51,731 nucleotides of DNA. Origin: Vezdaea acicularis (taxonomy: Eukaryota). Under the pieces are notes generated by a model, which did not search any database, was not told the DNA's origin, and was given only the letters and a program-made list of their open reading frames with translations. Position 1 is the first letter of the stretch. Every line of letters starts with the position of its first letter. Shown piece by piece: positions 1 to 15,101 of this stretch. Where the stretch lies: contig JAPEUI010000001.1 of NCBI GenBank assembly GCA_026025075.1, forward strand, positions 372,001 through 423,731. Reading direction: 5' to 3'. The position numbers and the translations under genes are program-made.

Positions 1-64
1 CGAATGCACGCCATGTTCTATTTTCGCCCAACGTGCCAAAGCTAGTCACCACGAAGCGTAACCT

Positions 65-83
65 CCCCCCCCCCCCCCCCCCC
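65..83. repeat. Poly-C homopolymer (~19 nt) just 3' of GPH1
   Basis: Seen directly. Similar G/C runs lie at ~605, ~41627 and ~45023. Confidence 0.85.
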
Positions 84-134
84 TTCTGTTTTAGCTCAGC
101 CCTTCCCAGAGCCAAAAAAAGGCTGCCGGGGCCC

Positions 135-3100
135 CTACCCCTCCTTTTCGGGGGCAATGGGCTCGACATTCCAGATCATCTCGGCATACTCATTGATGCA
201 GCGATCACTACTAAAGAAGCCCATACGGGCGACACTCTGTATGCACTTACTCGCCCACTCGTCCTGATTTTTATAAGCTTCGTCCACCAGGGCATGGGTC
301 TGGATATAGCTATGGAAGTCGTCGGAGACGAGGTAATAGTCGCCATGGACGGTGACGGCGGAGACGACAGCACTAAAAGCGGCGGCGTCGCCGAAGGTGC
401 CGGCGTCGATGGCGTCGAAGACTTTGCGGAGGTCCGGGTCGATGGCGTGGGTGCCATACATGTGGCTGTGGCGGAGGTCTTCGACGTCTTCGGCGAGGTT
501 GCCGAAGAGGAAGATGTTTTGGTCGCCGATTTCGCGGGTTATTTCGATCTGTGAGGCGGAGGGTTGGTCAGTTGGGGGTATGTGGGATAGGGGAGGGAAA
601 AGGAGGGGGGGGGGGAGGACGATGAAGGACATACGTTAGCGCCGTCGCAGGTGCCGATGACGAGGCCGCCGTTGAGGACGAACTTCATGTTGCTGGTGCC
701 GCTGGCCTCGGTGCCGGCAGTGGAGATGTGCTCGCTGATGTCGGAGGCGGGGCAGATGATCTCGGCCTTGCTGACGTTATAGTCTTCGAGGAAGACGACT
801 TTGAGGAGGTCGCCGACGTCCTTGTCTTTGTTGACGACGGCGCCGACGTTGTTGATGAGGTGGATGATCGTCTTGGCCATCCAGTAGCCTGGCGCCGCTT
901 TGCCTCCGAAGATGGAAACGCGCGGGACGAGCTTCTTGCGCTCTTCGGGCGTCATGGCTTTGATGTTCAGGTAGCGGTGGATCACGCCGAAGATGTTGAG
1001 TTGCTGGCGCTTGTACTCGTGCATACGCTTCACCTGGATATCGAAGAGGGCAGACGGGTTCACAACTAGTCCCGTGGTATCCTTGATATGTTTCGCGAGC
1101 CGGACTTTGTTCGCATACTTGATCTCCGTCCACTCCTTTTTGAATGCTTTGTCGTCGACGTAGTGCTCCAACTTATTCAGAAGAGTCAGGTCCTTTAAAA
1201 AGCCAATCCCATCCAATTTTGACGCAATCAACTCTGAAAGCCTGGGATTCGCCTGATGCAGCCACCTTCGTGGCGTGATGCCGTTTGTGACGTTAGTAAA
1301 CTTATCTGGTCCGTATATTTTGACAAAGTCCTTGAAAATAGTTGTCTTGATTAGGTCTGAATGTAACTCTGCAACTCCGTTCACATGGTGGGAGCCGATG
1401 ATCGCAAGGTATGCCATCCGAATCATCTTTGGCTGGGACTCTTCTATGATTGAGACTCGGCCTAAGATGTCTCGCTCCTTGGGGAATTTGCGCTCTACGG
1501 ATTGGAGAAAGTACATGTTGATGTCGTAGATGATTTGCAGATGGCGGGGGAGGAGATTCTGGAAAAGGGGGACTGACCACTTCTCCAAGGCCTCTGGAAG
1601 GACAGTATGGTTGGTGTATCCGAAAGTTTTAGTGACGACTTTCACAGTTAGCAGGGTGGACGTTTGGTGGTAATCGTTCACTTACTGGACCAAGCTTCAT
1701 CCCATTCGAGGCCTTCAAGATCTATAAGAATGCGTTGCAGCTCTACTATCCCAAGGGTCGGATGGGTATCGTTCAGTTGAATGCCGACTTGGTCCGAGAA
1801 CTCCAGCCATGGCCTCTTAGACTTCTTGAATCGGCGCACGATGTCAAACAGGGATGCGGCAACCCAGAAATACTGTTGCTTCAGACGGAGTTCTTTTCCA
1901 CGCTCGAGGCTACAACTTTCGTCAGTATCGTTTAGGTCTCCACGCCTTTTCTTACTCACTTGTCGTTGGGATACAGCACAGCGGAGATAGTCTCTGCTCT
2001 TTGCTGTTCAGCCACAGAGCTCTCGTATTCTCCAGAGTTGAATTTCTGGAAATCGAATTCTCCGCTTGCTGCTTTGCTTGACCACAAACGCAAGTTATTC
2101 GTAGTGGGTGTATCAAACCCAGGGACTGTAGCGGTTAGTATTTGAACGATGGGTGGCCTTGCATGTGGACTTACTAGGAACGTCATAAGCATTCGCTATC
2201 ACGATCTCACCTCCCTCCCACGAAACGTGCGACTTTCCGTCGTCATCCCTTGAACACGGTCAGTATTTTGGTTACATAGCAAAGAGGAGAAGTTAGGCGT
2301 ACTGATACTTCTTCACCTGGCCATAAAATTGAATGTCGACTGTAATATCATGTCTGGGAAATTCCCAGGGATTGAAATCCAACCAATAATCAGGAACTTC
2401 GACCTGATATCCGTCGATAATCTCCTGCTTGAAGATGCCGTATCTGTACCTCAGACCATAGCCCCAGGCGGAATAGTTTAAGGATGCAAGACTATCAAGG
2501 AAGCAAGCTGCAAGACGGCCTAGACCACCGTTACCGAGCGCGGCGTCGTGCTCCTGGCCGATGATATCCTCTATGCGGAAGCCAAGGTCACTCAACCCAG
2601 CTGCAATTCGATTAGAAACTTCAAAGCCCTGGTCTGTAGTATGGGGACCTACCGCGCGCGACATCCTTCATTCCCACATTGAGCATGGCATTGTCAAGAG
2701 CTCGGCCCATGAGGAATTCAAGAGACAGGTCTTGGGAGTCCACCATTAGCTCACACGACAACAGTCCATAGGACGGATCCAAGCTTACAGTATATGCGCT
2801 TTTGATCTGCGAACGTTTGCCGCTGCTGAGTTTTGTTCCAATCGATGACCAATCGATCTCGGAAGGCCAGGCTGGTTCCGGCATACGCTGCGCTATATGA
2901 AGGTGTCAGTCTTGGGCTGCATCAATGATGACCACACGCTACGCACAAGTCATCACAATTATACAACGACCGTGCGAGGGTCGTTTCGATGTGCTGAACA
3001 GCTTCTTTCTGAAAGCTCGGATTAGCAGCTGGAGGTGAGTCTGAAGCACGAAGTAGCCCACCTCGAAATCCTCCTTCGTTGTAAAGCCATGGGCAGACTG

Positions 3101-3398
3101 AAATGCGAAGGGACTGAATTAGTTTTGTCCTTCTATACTGGTGTCTGGAGTATATACATATTTTCTCCAGCTAGAGGCGAGAACAGCATCAGTAAGGAAT
3201 TAGCTAGAGGAGAGCGTGCACGTACGCAGCTCTCTGGGGCTCAGGAATACTGGCCTCGACGCTTTTGATATCCTGCGCGCCAAAGCCGGTGAAGGTGCGT
3301 TTATGCTTAGGTCTGCTGAATCCGGGACCCACGGGACCCTGCAGATCCCCAATGGGCGCGCTTGTTGACGGTCTCCGCTCTCTCACAGCTGTTGCCAT
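135..3398 (-). CDS. GPH1: Glycogen phosphorylase, about 12 exons
   Basis: ATG at 3398 ([10 protein letters not shown]). Exons spell [72 protein letters not shown] and the PLP-lysine motif [10 protein letters not shown]. 11 GT-AG introns keep the frame; TAG at 135-137. Confidence 0.97.
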
Positions 3399-4624
3399 CT
3401 TGAGCTGATGTATATGGGAGTGAGCGGTATTGTAAAGCCAATGGTCAATTGCACCACTGGAGGAATATGTATCTTTGTGAATGGGAAAAGTGAGAGAGAG
3501 GATGGTGGGGGGGAAGTGAGGTTTGCAGCCCAAGCGCCCGTTCGCGGATGTCCAGGAGATAGCTCGGAGACTAATAGCACGGGTGGGGTAGGTAGCTTCT
3601 ATAGGACAAGCAGCGGCAGCATTAGCAGTACACACAGGCACCAAGAGAAATGTGCAAGTCTAAAGCAGAGCGGTCTTTTGTTGAGCTTTCCACATCCAAT
3701 TGCGCGCTTCTCAATCGGCTCAAGAGTTTGCTCTAGCTCTCAACGGCCGCGAAAAATGGTGGATTCCGAGGCCCCCCCGGCCCTGAAGCTCCGGCCTATC
3801 TTCGGAAGCCTATCGCTTGGAGGGGTAATGCCCCACGCAGCGAGCGCGGTCGGAGCGTCTGCCGGCTACATCCGGCGAATCATACCGAGGGCCATCTGCC
3901 TCTCGGTGAAGGAGGTACCTTTTCCGCGTGATCGCTAGGGAAAGGTACGTCGTTTCAGGACACGACTATTCTGGAGCCCGCCCATACAACCAAAAATCCC
4001 CCCATCTAATCCGCGCCATTTCATTGCATGACAACCTCCCATACAATCCCCCACCGCCTCTCCAACACTCGAAATCCCAATCCCAAGGTACCCTCCCCCC
4101 ATCGCAGGAACACCTCAGCAACTCCGTCTGAACCCCCCTCCTCCATCCCAGGCCTCCCCCCCACCAGCCACCATCAAACGCCGGTCCAACCCCACGAACA
4201 AAATCCACAGCGATTTCCCCATATCCCACAACATAACAGACAGCGAACCCGGATCCGTCAGTAATAGGTAGGAACCCGCGCATCCATCCATCCCTCCATC
4301 CCGTCGTGTTCGTGAAGCTTGGTATCAGACTTCGTTTTCCGCATCGGGCGTTTCAAGACGCGACATCCATAACCCCAAACACACCTAACACATTCCTCCC
4401 TCCCCTCCCCTCCCAAAAAAGAGAAGAATACTAGCACCCTAACCCGTAGACCAGAGATAAAAGTTTCACCTAACGCGTTTGTTGTGTTGTTTATATATAT
4501 CCTAGGAAGTTATTCGCTCGGGATGAGGTTATGTAAGTTTGTTGATCCAAGAGGGGGGGGGGAGGGGTGGGTGTTTTCTCGGCGATTATTTCATTATGTG
4601 TAAGAAGTGGACTGCGTGGGAAGG

Positions 4625-4694
4625 GGAGAGAGAGAGGGGGAGAGGGAGGTGGAGAGAGAGAGACATGCATACACAGACACAGACACAGACACAG
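4625..4694. repeat. (GA)n plus (CACAGA)4 microsatellites
   Basis: Seen directly between GPH1 and the G-alpha gene. Confidence 0.85.
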
Positions 4695-5424
4695 AAAAAT
4701 ACACGTGCAAATGCTATATCCATACTATCCTACTCCGCCGCGAACGACAGAACGACACCGAACCGTCGTCGCCGCGCGGGGGGTCCCCAATTGAATTAGA
4801 ATACTAGGTAGACAGAAGCTGCGGATCTCATTCCGGAGTGCGAGCCAGTGCAGCGCCGCAGTGATAGTGATAAGAGTTAGGAAAAAAAACAATGACAACA
4901 GGGCCGATGCAGGAGGAGGAAGAAAAATCGCCGGGAAAAGCCGTACGAGCCGACCCAAAGAAAAAACACGGATGGAGAGAGGTTAGTGATGACCTTTTTT
5001 GGGGGGTAGGGGGGGCGTGAGCAGCCGACAAGGGATGGACGGACGGAAACCAAAAGGAGGACAAAACCCTTAAAGCACCCGCTCCGTGTACACGTAAAAA
5101 AAAAGAGGTGACACCGCTATTTCAATCCCAGATCCCCTCATCAAAAAAAGTGAAACCCACGTCCAAACGCCTGCCTCCAGAGCTGACTGACAACGACACG
5201 AGGCCTAAAAGTCGTATGAAGGGGATGAGAGAGACGACCGCACGTCAGGTAAAAAGGAGGTAACCTGTCGAAGCGGGCCGAGGAAAATAGGACGATCGAC
5301 TCTATACGTCGGGGTTAACGTTATGTTGTGGGCACCGTAACATGCATATTTTGAAAAATGCGCCAAGAGAGAAATATACCAAGCAAGCCGTAAGTAAGCG
5401 TGTGATGTGATGACGATTTTATGT

Positions 5425-6771
5425 TCATAAGATTCCGGAATCCCTCAGCGCGTTCTGGAGGATTGTTTCCTTGACCGCTGCAAACACTAATCGGATGTTT
5501 GAGGTATCGGTCGCTTGTGTCAGACTTGGCGAAATGTTAGCTTGAAGGGTCCGTGAAACTTGGCAAATCATGGCAACTACTCACTGAGGGTAGAGGTTGA
5601 GGTGGGCGCGGTTGACTTGGTTGAACCGCCAGAGGAGGTATTTTGCTGCCCGATTGACATCGTTGCCTCCCGAGTAGTCGGGGAAGTAGTTGCCGAGCGG
5701 CGACCGACCAAGCTTCTGCTTGAACAGATCCACCTTGTTCAAGAACAAGATGATACTGGTCCGCATGAACCAGCGTGAATTGACGACCGAGTCAAAGAGC
5801 ACCAAGCTCTCCAACATTCGATTCTGCGCCGGATGTCAGCACAGTGCTTTTGGATCTGTCAGACGAATAACATACTTGATTACTTTCCTCCAGTAACACC
5901 TGATCATACTCACTTAACGCAACGCAGAAGATGATGGATGTGACGTTCTCAAAGCAGTGTATCCACTTCTTTCGTTCACTTCGCTGCCCACCCACGTCGA
6001 ACATACTGCAGGAGATCCGTTAGCAATCGTCCCTGACAGGTTTGGGCGGTCATACTGAATACTCAATTGGCCCATTGTAAATCTTGTCTCGTATATACCC
6101 GTCGTCTTCGTCCGAGCCCTCAGCACATCTGCTTCGATAGGAATATAATCCGGAGCAGCTATCCGTTCCGCCTCATCGAAGAAGCTGTTGAAATTAGCTC
6201 TTGAGCCAGCAGTCTTTACTATTTTTATACTCACTAAGGCGCAGAGTCCATTAGATAGAATTCGCTCTGGTGGTCAAGCACCGTTGACATGGCCGGGTCG
6301 TTCCAGAGCGAGGTGACGGCTTCCCCAACCTTCCTTTCGAGAGAGGTATGTGGATCGGGATCGACGGAATACTCCATTAGATAGTCTGCGTTCTCCCTGT
6401 TCTCTGGAGCCTGCGGCTCGATGTTGAATTGCCTCATTGCGCCAATCAGCGCTTTCGAGCAGTCTACCAGATTCTTGTATATCGTTAACCGATAGAGCGC
6501 AAGCTCATCTACCGTGTAGCCGTTTTGATGTATGATTTTCATCTGCTTGACAATTGTCGACTTGCCGCTCTCCCCAGAGCCTGTAGAAAATCAGCAAATC
6601 TGAACGGCAGCGGTAATTACCATGTATGAGAAGCCGTCGGAACCGACCTAGAAGTAGGATCTTGCATTCTCGTCGTAGCCTCCGAGAGTCCTCCTCCAGC
6701 CTTCTATCTATCATCTGACTCCTCTTCTTCTGCTCAATCTCCTCCGAATTCGAACTCATGCAATTACCCAT
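5425..6771 (-). CDS. Heterotrimeric G-protein alpha subunit, fungal group III (Gpa3/GanB/GNA-3/MagA-like)
   Basis: MGNC myristoylation/palmitoylation start, spliced P-loop [37 protein letters not shown]-terminal ALRDSGIL* (TGA 5425-5427). 5 coding introns. Confidence 0.96.
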
Positions 6772-8671
6772 CTCGAGCCTCGAGGACGAGCAACGGCCCG
6801 TATGATGAAGAAGACTACAGTGCGAATTGAAAGGAGACCATCAGCGATCCGATAGCGATCCAATTCGGCGGTCGTGGCGGAGCGATCCTAATGCATCGAA
6901 GAGCGGCGTGGACAGTCGGGATCAACGGTTAGCCGGGGTCGTTCGACGGTCAATTGCTGCAAGGTCCCACGAGCTGCTGACTGCCAGGAGAGATGCAGCG
7001 AAAGCAAGAGGCCACGCCGTCGAGAGACGATCGGAGCTGGGAACCTGCGATATCCGTTGGCGATGCACAGCTCGGTCCGGCTGGTTACGAAGTGCGTCCT
7101 TCCGCCTGACGGTGGGTGTGAAGAAAAAGCGTGATGGCGAGCGCAGAACGGTCGGAGACCCTCGCGTAGAACGGTAGGACCGGAGGCTGGATGGAGTGTG
7201 GAGAAGAGAGCGAAGGGATGCGAGGCGGCGAGAGTCCGGCAGGCAAGGGAGCGACGAGGGAATGGGCTTTGCGGCGATTGGTGATGATGCTGGCGGAGGT
7301 CGAGTTGAGGAAGACGGAGGAGAGAGGCTGGCGGTCGACCGAGTGAAGGGCTGCCACTGAGGATTTAGCTAGGCTTTCGGCTTTCTTCACTTTCTCAAAC
7401 TCAGCGGACCCTCAGGCGAGGTGTCGGGATCTGCGGTGCGAGTTGGCGAGCTGCTCGTCTGCCGGCGCAGGCTTTTGCCTGGCGGTCGTCGCACACAGGA
7501 GCCGCCTAGGATGGGACCGAGAACAAGCACGGACAGACAAAGGACGACGGCCGCTCGATTCAAGGGCTCGCAGATGAACACGTTTAGATCATCAACCGTG
7601 CGATGATGCCCTATGTGTTGCATCCAGCGGCGGAAGGCGAATATCGAATATGGCGGAGATACGAGAGGCCGCACGAGATGTCGAGGCAGGACGACGGCGC
7701 AGGCCGATGACCCCCCCCACATTTCACTTGTCGCGCTGCAGAAACTCCTCATCTCTGATATAATCTCTGAGATAATCTCCAACGAGATGAGGTCGAAGTC
7801 GACGGCATGGCCTTTCCGACACCGCTCGCGGGGCCATCCCCAATCACTCGCAATGGCCTGTGCGACTTATTCTTGCGTCTCTGCGTCGCCGCACGATGAG
7901 ACAGCCCACTTCGACCCCTCGATCACCGTCGCTATTTCTGGACACAGACGGCGGAGGGATCACGTGTAACATGCTATGAGACCTCCAATGCCGCGCTCGA
8001 CGTTTGCACGATGACTTGGCCCCCGGGGAGACATCTCCTTCGCCCTTCTTGAGCATGGCCAGTGACGGTGTTTTCGAGACATCGCACCTCTCACCTCTCC
8101 CCTCGCACCGCCATCGACGCTCTCAGGATGCGTTCACTGCTCATCCTCAATCGGCCCTTTCCGCGTTAGGCGAGAGGGCCATCCTTCCGTGCTGCCTTGC
8201 TCGTTCCCCCACCAGAGGAGGCTGAACGTCTATCGGGGCCAAAAGCGCATCCGGATGGGTCTGGCCTATTCGATGGACCAGCTTTTGTAAAGACGTAAGC
8301 GGCTGAAAATTGTATATCGGGGGACGAGGACGGCGTGAATCGCATTGCTAGAATGAAGTGCATGTCGCGGAAGAAACTGATTGGTGCTCCCGCAACCGTT
8401 TCGTATCGTTGGAAAAGACAGCTCTGCAGCAATTACGCAACTGGCGCACTGGGCTTGCCACTAAGGCGTGCATCTGTCGACCAAGCTTTCGCCTGGTGCC
8501 AAGGTCGCGGTCGAGGGCGTAATATCATCTCTAACCAAACTTGCATCTACTGCAATTTGATTCTATATCCTTTGGTCGCGTTACACTCTAGCTCTGCGAC
8601 TTTCGTGTGCTGTCGAGACTGACCACCCCTCAAAATTCTGACACCTGCATCTCACCTATCGTACTACCAAC

Positions 8672-10204
<1,533 letters not shown>

Positions 10205-10777
10205 TTGGATTTTCGGATCTCTTTGGCTATACTGCATCGTGGACATCACCCCTACGGCACCACACACACGGCGTTGCATGTTTTCTGGTTCTCTCAATCG
10301 CTCCTTGTTCTATCGGCTTAAACCTTATGAGTATCATCGGGCGCTTGATGAACTTCAGGGAAGACAAGTTCAACCTTCTGGGAGGCGTGGGGGTTGGGTA
10401 GCTCGAATCGGACAATCGGCGATGGGGCACATGGAGGGGAATTGATGATCTCACGCCAACCGTTGAAGCGAAAATGAAAGATAGTCTGAAAGCTGGAAAT
10501 GCGTTATGATCATGACTTATCTTCTGTTAGAGTTACAGGGCGCCCTTCCTCGCCCATGTGATGATAATAGGGCCTGCAAGCCACCCTGACGCTAGGGCAT
10601 TTTTTGTTAAGCCTTAACCGACTGAGCACCACTACATCATTGGACCGTTTCCGTCAGCGCCCAAAATCGTGAATCCGAACTTTGTGTATTTGCCCGGTTT
10701 CGAGCCTCATAATTGACGCTTTCCCCATAGTCTCACACTCGTGTTCCCCCAATGCGGTGTGATCCCAGCTGCCCGCC

Positions 10778-13576
10778 ATGACCGCAGAGCGCGGCTTTGA
10801 ACCGCTTGTGACGATTGTTGGATTTCATCATGCCAAGTGCGAGATCACCTACCTCTAAGCGGTTTCTGGCTAACTGGAGATGTTATAGAGGTCCTGAGAT
10901 CGAGACCTGGTTTGGCGCCGAAGAAGGTTCCGATCCGGCGGCAGACAATGAATGGCCGTTGCTGCCGTTCATGGCACTCTCCGACGGGGCTCATGCGTAA
11001 CCTTCCCCCCCCCCGAGCCCAAGTCTTCGGATATAGAGAAATACTAATTTGCCCGTAGGGCCACCGAGGACTTCTCATACTTTACATTGCGGAAAGAGAC
11101 GACACCTACAAAGCCCGCGACGTCTCTATTCGGCATCTCGTGCACCCGGCAGATGGACGCAAACCAGTTGATCAACCGCCCCACCGACGTCACAAGGTCT
11201 ACCGTGCAGAAAGCGGTGGTGGTAATTGCGGATAGCCCTCAGTACTTTGGAAGGCTACGGGAGCGGCTTTCGATAGTGACACAAGCATGGTTCGCGCAAA
11301 AGCAAGCAAACATCTTTCAAGGTGTGTGGACGGCCTTGCTGACGGTGCAATAGAGACTTTACGAATATGGATATAATTAGAGTGGGGGAATCTTTGACCT
11401 GTTCAAAAGGATGGCTCTAACTATGTCGTTGTATTAGAAATTCCAGGAGAGTCTCGCAGATTCCTTGAGAGGTGCTGATGATGACCGAGATCAGTATCTT
11501 GGTGAGTGGTTCATGGCTCCAGCCCCCCCTTGTCTTAGCTGATGAACAGTAGGGTTGTCTCTTCGCGAGTTCATTCACGAGTTTAAATACCAGACCCTTG
11601 TTCTGTTCAAATGCTGTCTACTTCAGCCAAAAGTAAGATATCTGAATTTTTTTAGGAGGATAACCAACGCTGACTCCTCAGATGCTTTTCTTTGGATCAC
11701 GATGTGAACGATTATGCATGATGCAATTTGCTCTAATTTCTTTAATACCTGGTTTAATACGCAACCTGCAGGACTGTGCGGATCCTGAGCTGTCCAGCTA
11801 CGAGAAGGGCTTGGTGCTTCCAAGTTCGTTCAAAACAAGTGACAGAACGTCCGGTCAGTATACAACATATCTTGCTTGCTTCGCAAATTGACTAATAAGA
11901 CAGTGTTATCATATATGGGGTTGCCTCTACAGATTTTCAGTAAAGTAAACTAGCACCAGCAAGTTCTATAGGGTTGAGTCTGACAAACTTCCAGGGGAGT
12001 CTGTTTGGCCCCTATACTCCGCTACAGCAGCTCGACATCCTTGCGGATTACGGAACGAAGTCATACATCGTCGGATCTACGAACTCGCTTCTGCTACAGC
12101 AGAAAGATCGATATAGCGACATTCTTATAAACGTGAGATATTTTGCAAACCTCCCCCTGATATCTTTGCTAATCCATATTCATAGCTTGATGAGGGCACT
12201 ATCGGCATCACATCAAGCTCTCTTCGGAACGCGCTGGTACTGTCGGTGGCAGATCGCAGATGGATCGATTTCATCACGCAGTCCGTGAATGATACCTGGG
12301 ACGAATGTGGGCACCACTCTCCTCGGAAACGAAGGCATTTCAGATCTAAAACTTTGACAGCGAATCCGGAGAGACCGAAGACATTGGGCTACATGGGGAG
12401 CGAGGAGTTCATCCGTTTGCAATTCGAGGAGTACTTGCTTTCCATGATTGCGTCGGTGAAGTATCACAATCATCTCGACAACCACAAGAAGGACCTGAAG
12501 GCCTTCCTCCCAGAAATCGGTAAGCCAGCATTCGCATTGTCGCCTGGCCCGAGTTGTCCCGTGAAGCTAAACTCGGATAGAGGGCGACCCATCCCTAGAT
12601 TTTGGATCCGACTTCATCGACGCCTGGCAGAGCACGGAGAACTACCGTATCTTCCAAAAGTTTACTGGTCAGCCCCCCACCCTTCCGCAGCCATACCATC
12701 CCACTAATTCTCCAAGAAGACCCCCATCTTTTCGACATCGTCGAGCCGAAGCACCCCTGCGCTGGCGGCCTCACTATGGATGACATCCAACGACGCCTCG
12801 CCCAGCAAGTCTCGGAACTGCACCTGGACGAGCGCTTCAGCGTCGGCAAAGAAGTCCTGGGCAAGCACCTCGCCACAGGCCAGAAGAAGGTCTCCTCGGC
12901 CTTCAATAACCTTTGGGCCGACATCGAAGTCATGCGCGAAGCCCAGAAGAAGCGTCATGAAGAAATGAGAGCCGCGGCCGCTGCATCCGGCGAGACGCCA
13001 CCGCCGTCGTCGACAAGTTCATATACTCCCGAGCGTGGAATAAAAGGTATGCTCGCCCTGCCTTTCTCCTGCCTGTCCCCCCCACTGTAATCCAACCACT
13101 GACCCTCCCGCCTCTACCCAGCCTCCTCCCGCACCGGCGCCTCCGACCTCTCAACCGCCCAAGCCTCCGTCGCCGCGGCCTCTAACCGCGCCGGCGCGTA
13201 TCTCTCCTCCTGGGCCAGCTGGGCCGGCGAGAAGCGCTGGGGCCGCTCCACATCTTCCTCTACCAGCTCCTCCTCCCCCGCCGTCGTCATCGCGCCCTTG
13301 CCCCCGCGAAGAACTGGAACCGCGGATCGTGAGTCGACGGGGAGTATGCGTTCCATTGAGCTCGAACTTGCGCGGAAGAGCTTTGAAGAGGAGATCTTTG
13401 AGGCTGGATCGGTGGAGGAGGGGGAAGGTGCTGGGAAGGGTGGGAGGGCGAATGGAGATGGGGAGAAGGCTGGGAAGGGGCTGGGTCAGGACGCGGGGAA
13501 GGAGGGGAGGGAGGGGAAAGACAAGCTTTCCTCGTCGGACGCGGAGAAAGAGGAAAAACCGCATCCGCATTCGTAA
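10778..13576 (+). CDS. AVL9: Late secretory pathway protein Avl9 (DENN-like), about 14 exons
   Basis: VGFHH.GPEIE, LPFMALSDGAH, TSLFGISCTRQ, TRSTVQKAVVV, FGPYTPLQQLD, GSEEFIRLQFEEYL. 13 introns reconstruct one frame ending KPHPHS*. Confidence 0.9.
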
Positions 13577-15101
13577 GCGTAAATGTGGACATCTACGGCG
13601 CTTCCAAAGACCCTGGAATCGAGCGCGGGATATTGGGCGATGTATTCGGACCAGTTACGCACAGTATAGGCCCCCTTTGTCCCTTACGTCATTACTCGTG
13701 TGCGAAAGATCTGGCGTTTGCAGTATCAGCCCTGTGTCCCTCTCTCTCTGGCGGGCTGGATGGGTGGGTGGGTGGGTGGAGAGTGATCCTAGGCATGAGC
13801 GTGAATGCTCTGACGCTCGCTCGTATAGACAGTCGGACGGATGGGCGGACGGACTCGTTTCCATAGCGTGCGTCGGTTGGGTTGGTGGGTGGGTAGGCGG
13901 CTCTTTGTATCTTTCGTGTCAGGGTAATACAATGTTTTATCTATCTAACTTATGCATCCTGTGATCTGGGGTGTTTCGATTGGGAGGAGGGGGGGTGTTT
14001 GCTGGAGTGGGCTGGCGTAGGTAAATATCAAGTATTGATCCAAAGGAAGAAGCGCTGGACGTACCGGAGAAGGTGGGGTGAGAAGGGGGATCAAGGGGCC
14101 TTGTGGGTAGTCATGGTCGCGGGTTGTGGAGTGTATATGCGAAATTGGGGAGCTGGGGATAGGTCTCGTTTTTCAGGGAGGGTAGGATTCTCGTCCATGG
14201 CGAGACAAGGCTGAGCGAGCTACTGGTGGTTCGGGGTATGTAGTAGGGCCACTCGGAAGGAGAAGTATGCGCACGGGAGCCACGGCTGCTCTTTGATATG
14301 CAGGGGTTTGGAACTGCCCTCCTTTACATTTCTGTGAGTATGCCAGCCTCTAAAGCTACAAGGGGATATTGCGAGTAGGACTATATCGCAAGATAGGACT
14401 AGATGATATCAACAGTGCCCCGTGTCCATAATCTCAAGAAAACCCCCTTTTGTGGATGACCTTGGCTTCGTTCGGTCCCCTTGGTCTGATGCTCGATCTG
14501 AGATGAGAGATAGAGAGATCGGAATAATCTCTGTTTGCATTTTGAGATAAGATCACAAGGAATGGTTGCGAAGACAGGAAAAGAGCGTGGAAGTGAGTTC
14601 ATAGCTTTAGAATGGAGCTTCTGATATGCTTAAGAGTAGCTTGTATCTGAAATGGAGGAGAGCTGGGTTTTTTACAAAAGCTTGGGAGGAGATACCGCCG
14701 ATTCTCCGATTGGTAGGATGTGGCGTAAGACTTGGGAAATGGAGTAGTTGTATGCTACACGAGGAGAGAAGATGAAGAGGCGGTTGATAACTTGCTTTAA
14801 GGCGTGGTTTGATACATGATTGGGCGACGCGAAGAAAGTACCGCGCTGTGGCTTGATGTGAAGGCCGAGGCGGGCACTCTGGTCTAGATCTCTGAGCGTT
14901 AAACATGGCTTTCCAGCCTTATGATAACCTCGATTGGGAGAAATGCGATCACATTTCGATTTCTTTTGGGGGTCAAACAATGACTACTGTAGGTAGCCGT
15001 GTCCCAGCTAAACACCCCCACCAACCTCGCGTGACAAAGTAAACCACCTCCCCGCTACAGCCGCTCTCTCTGATACAACGATTAATACCCTAACTCCCCA
15101 A

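Noticed and set aside
33..1133. Plus-strand and alternate-frame ORFs over the 3' end of GPH1
   Set aside because: Shadows of GC3-biased GPH1 exons.
14395..14510. Possible box C/D snoRNA (GATGAT...GGATGA...CTGA)
   Set aside because: No proper RTGATGA box, no convincing terminal stem and no rRNA guide that I could recognise.
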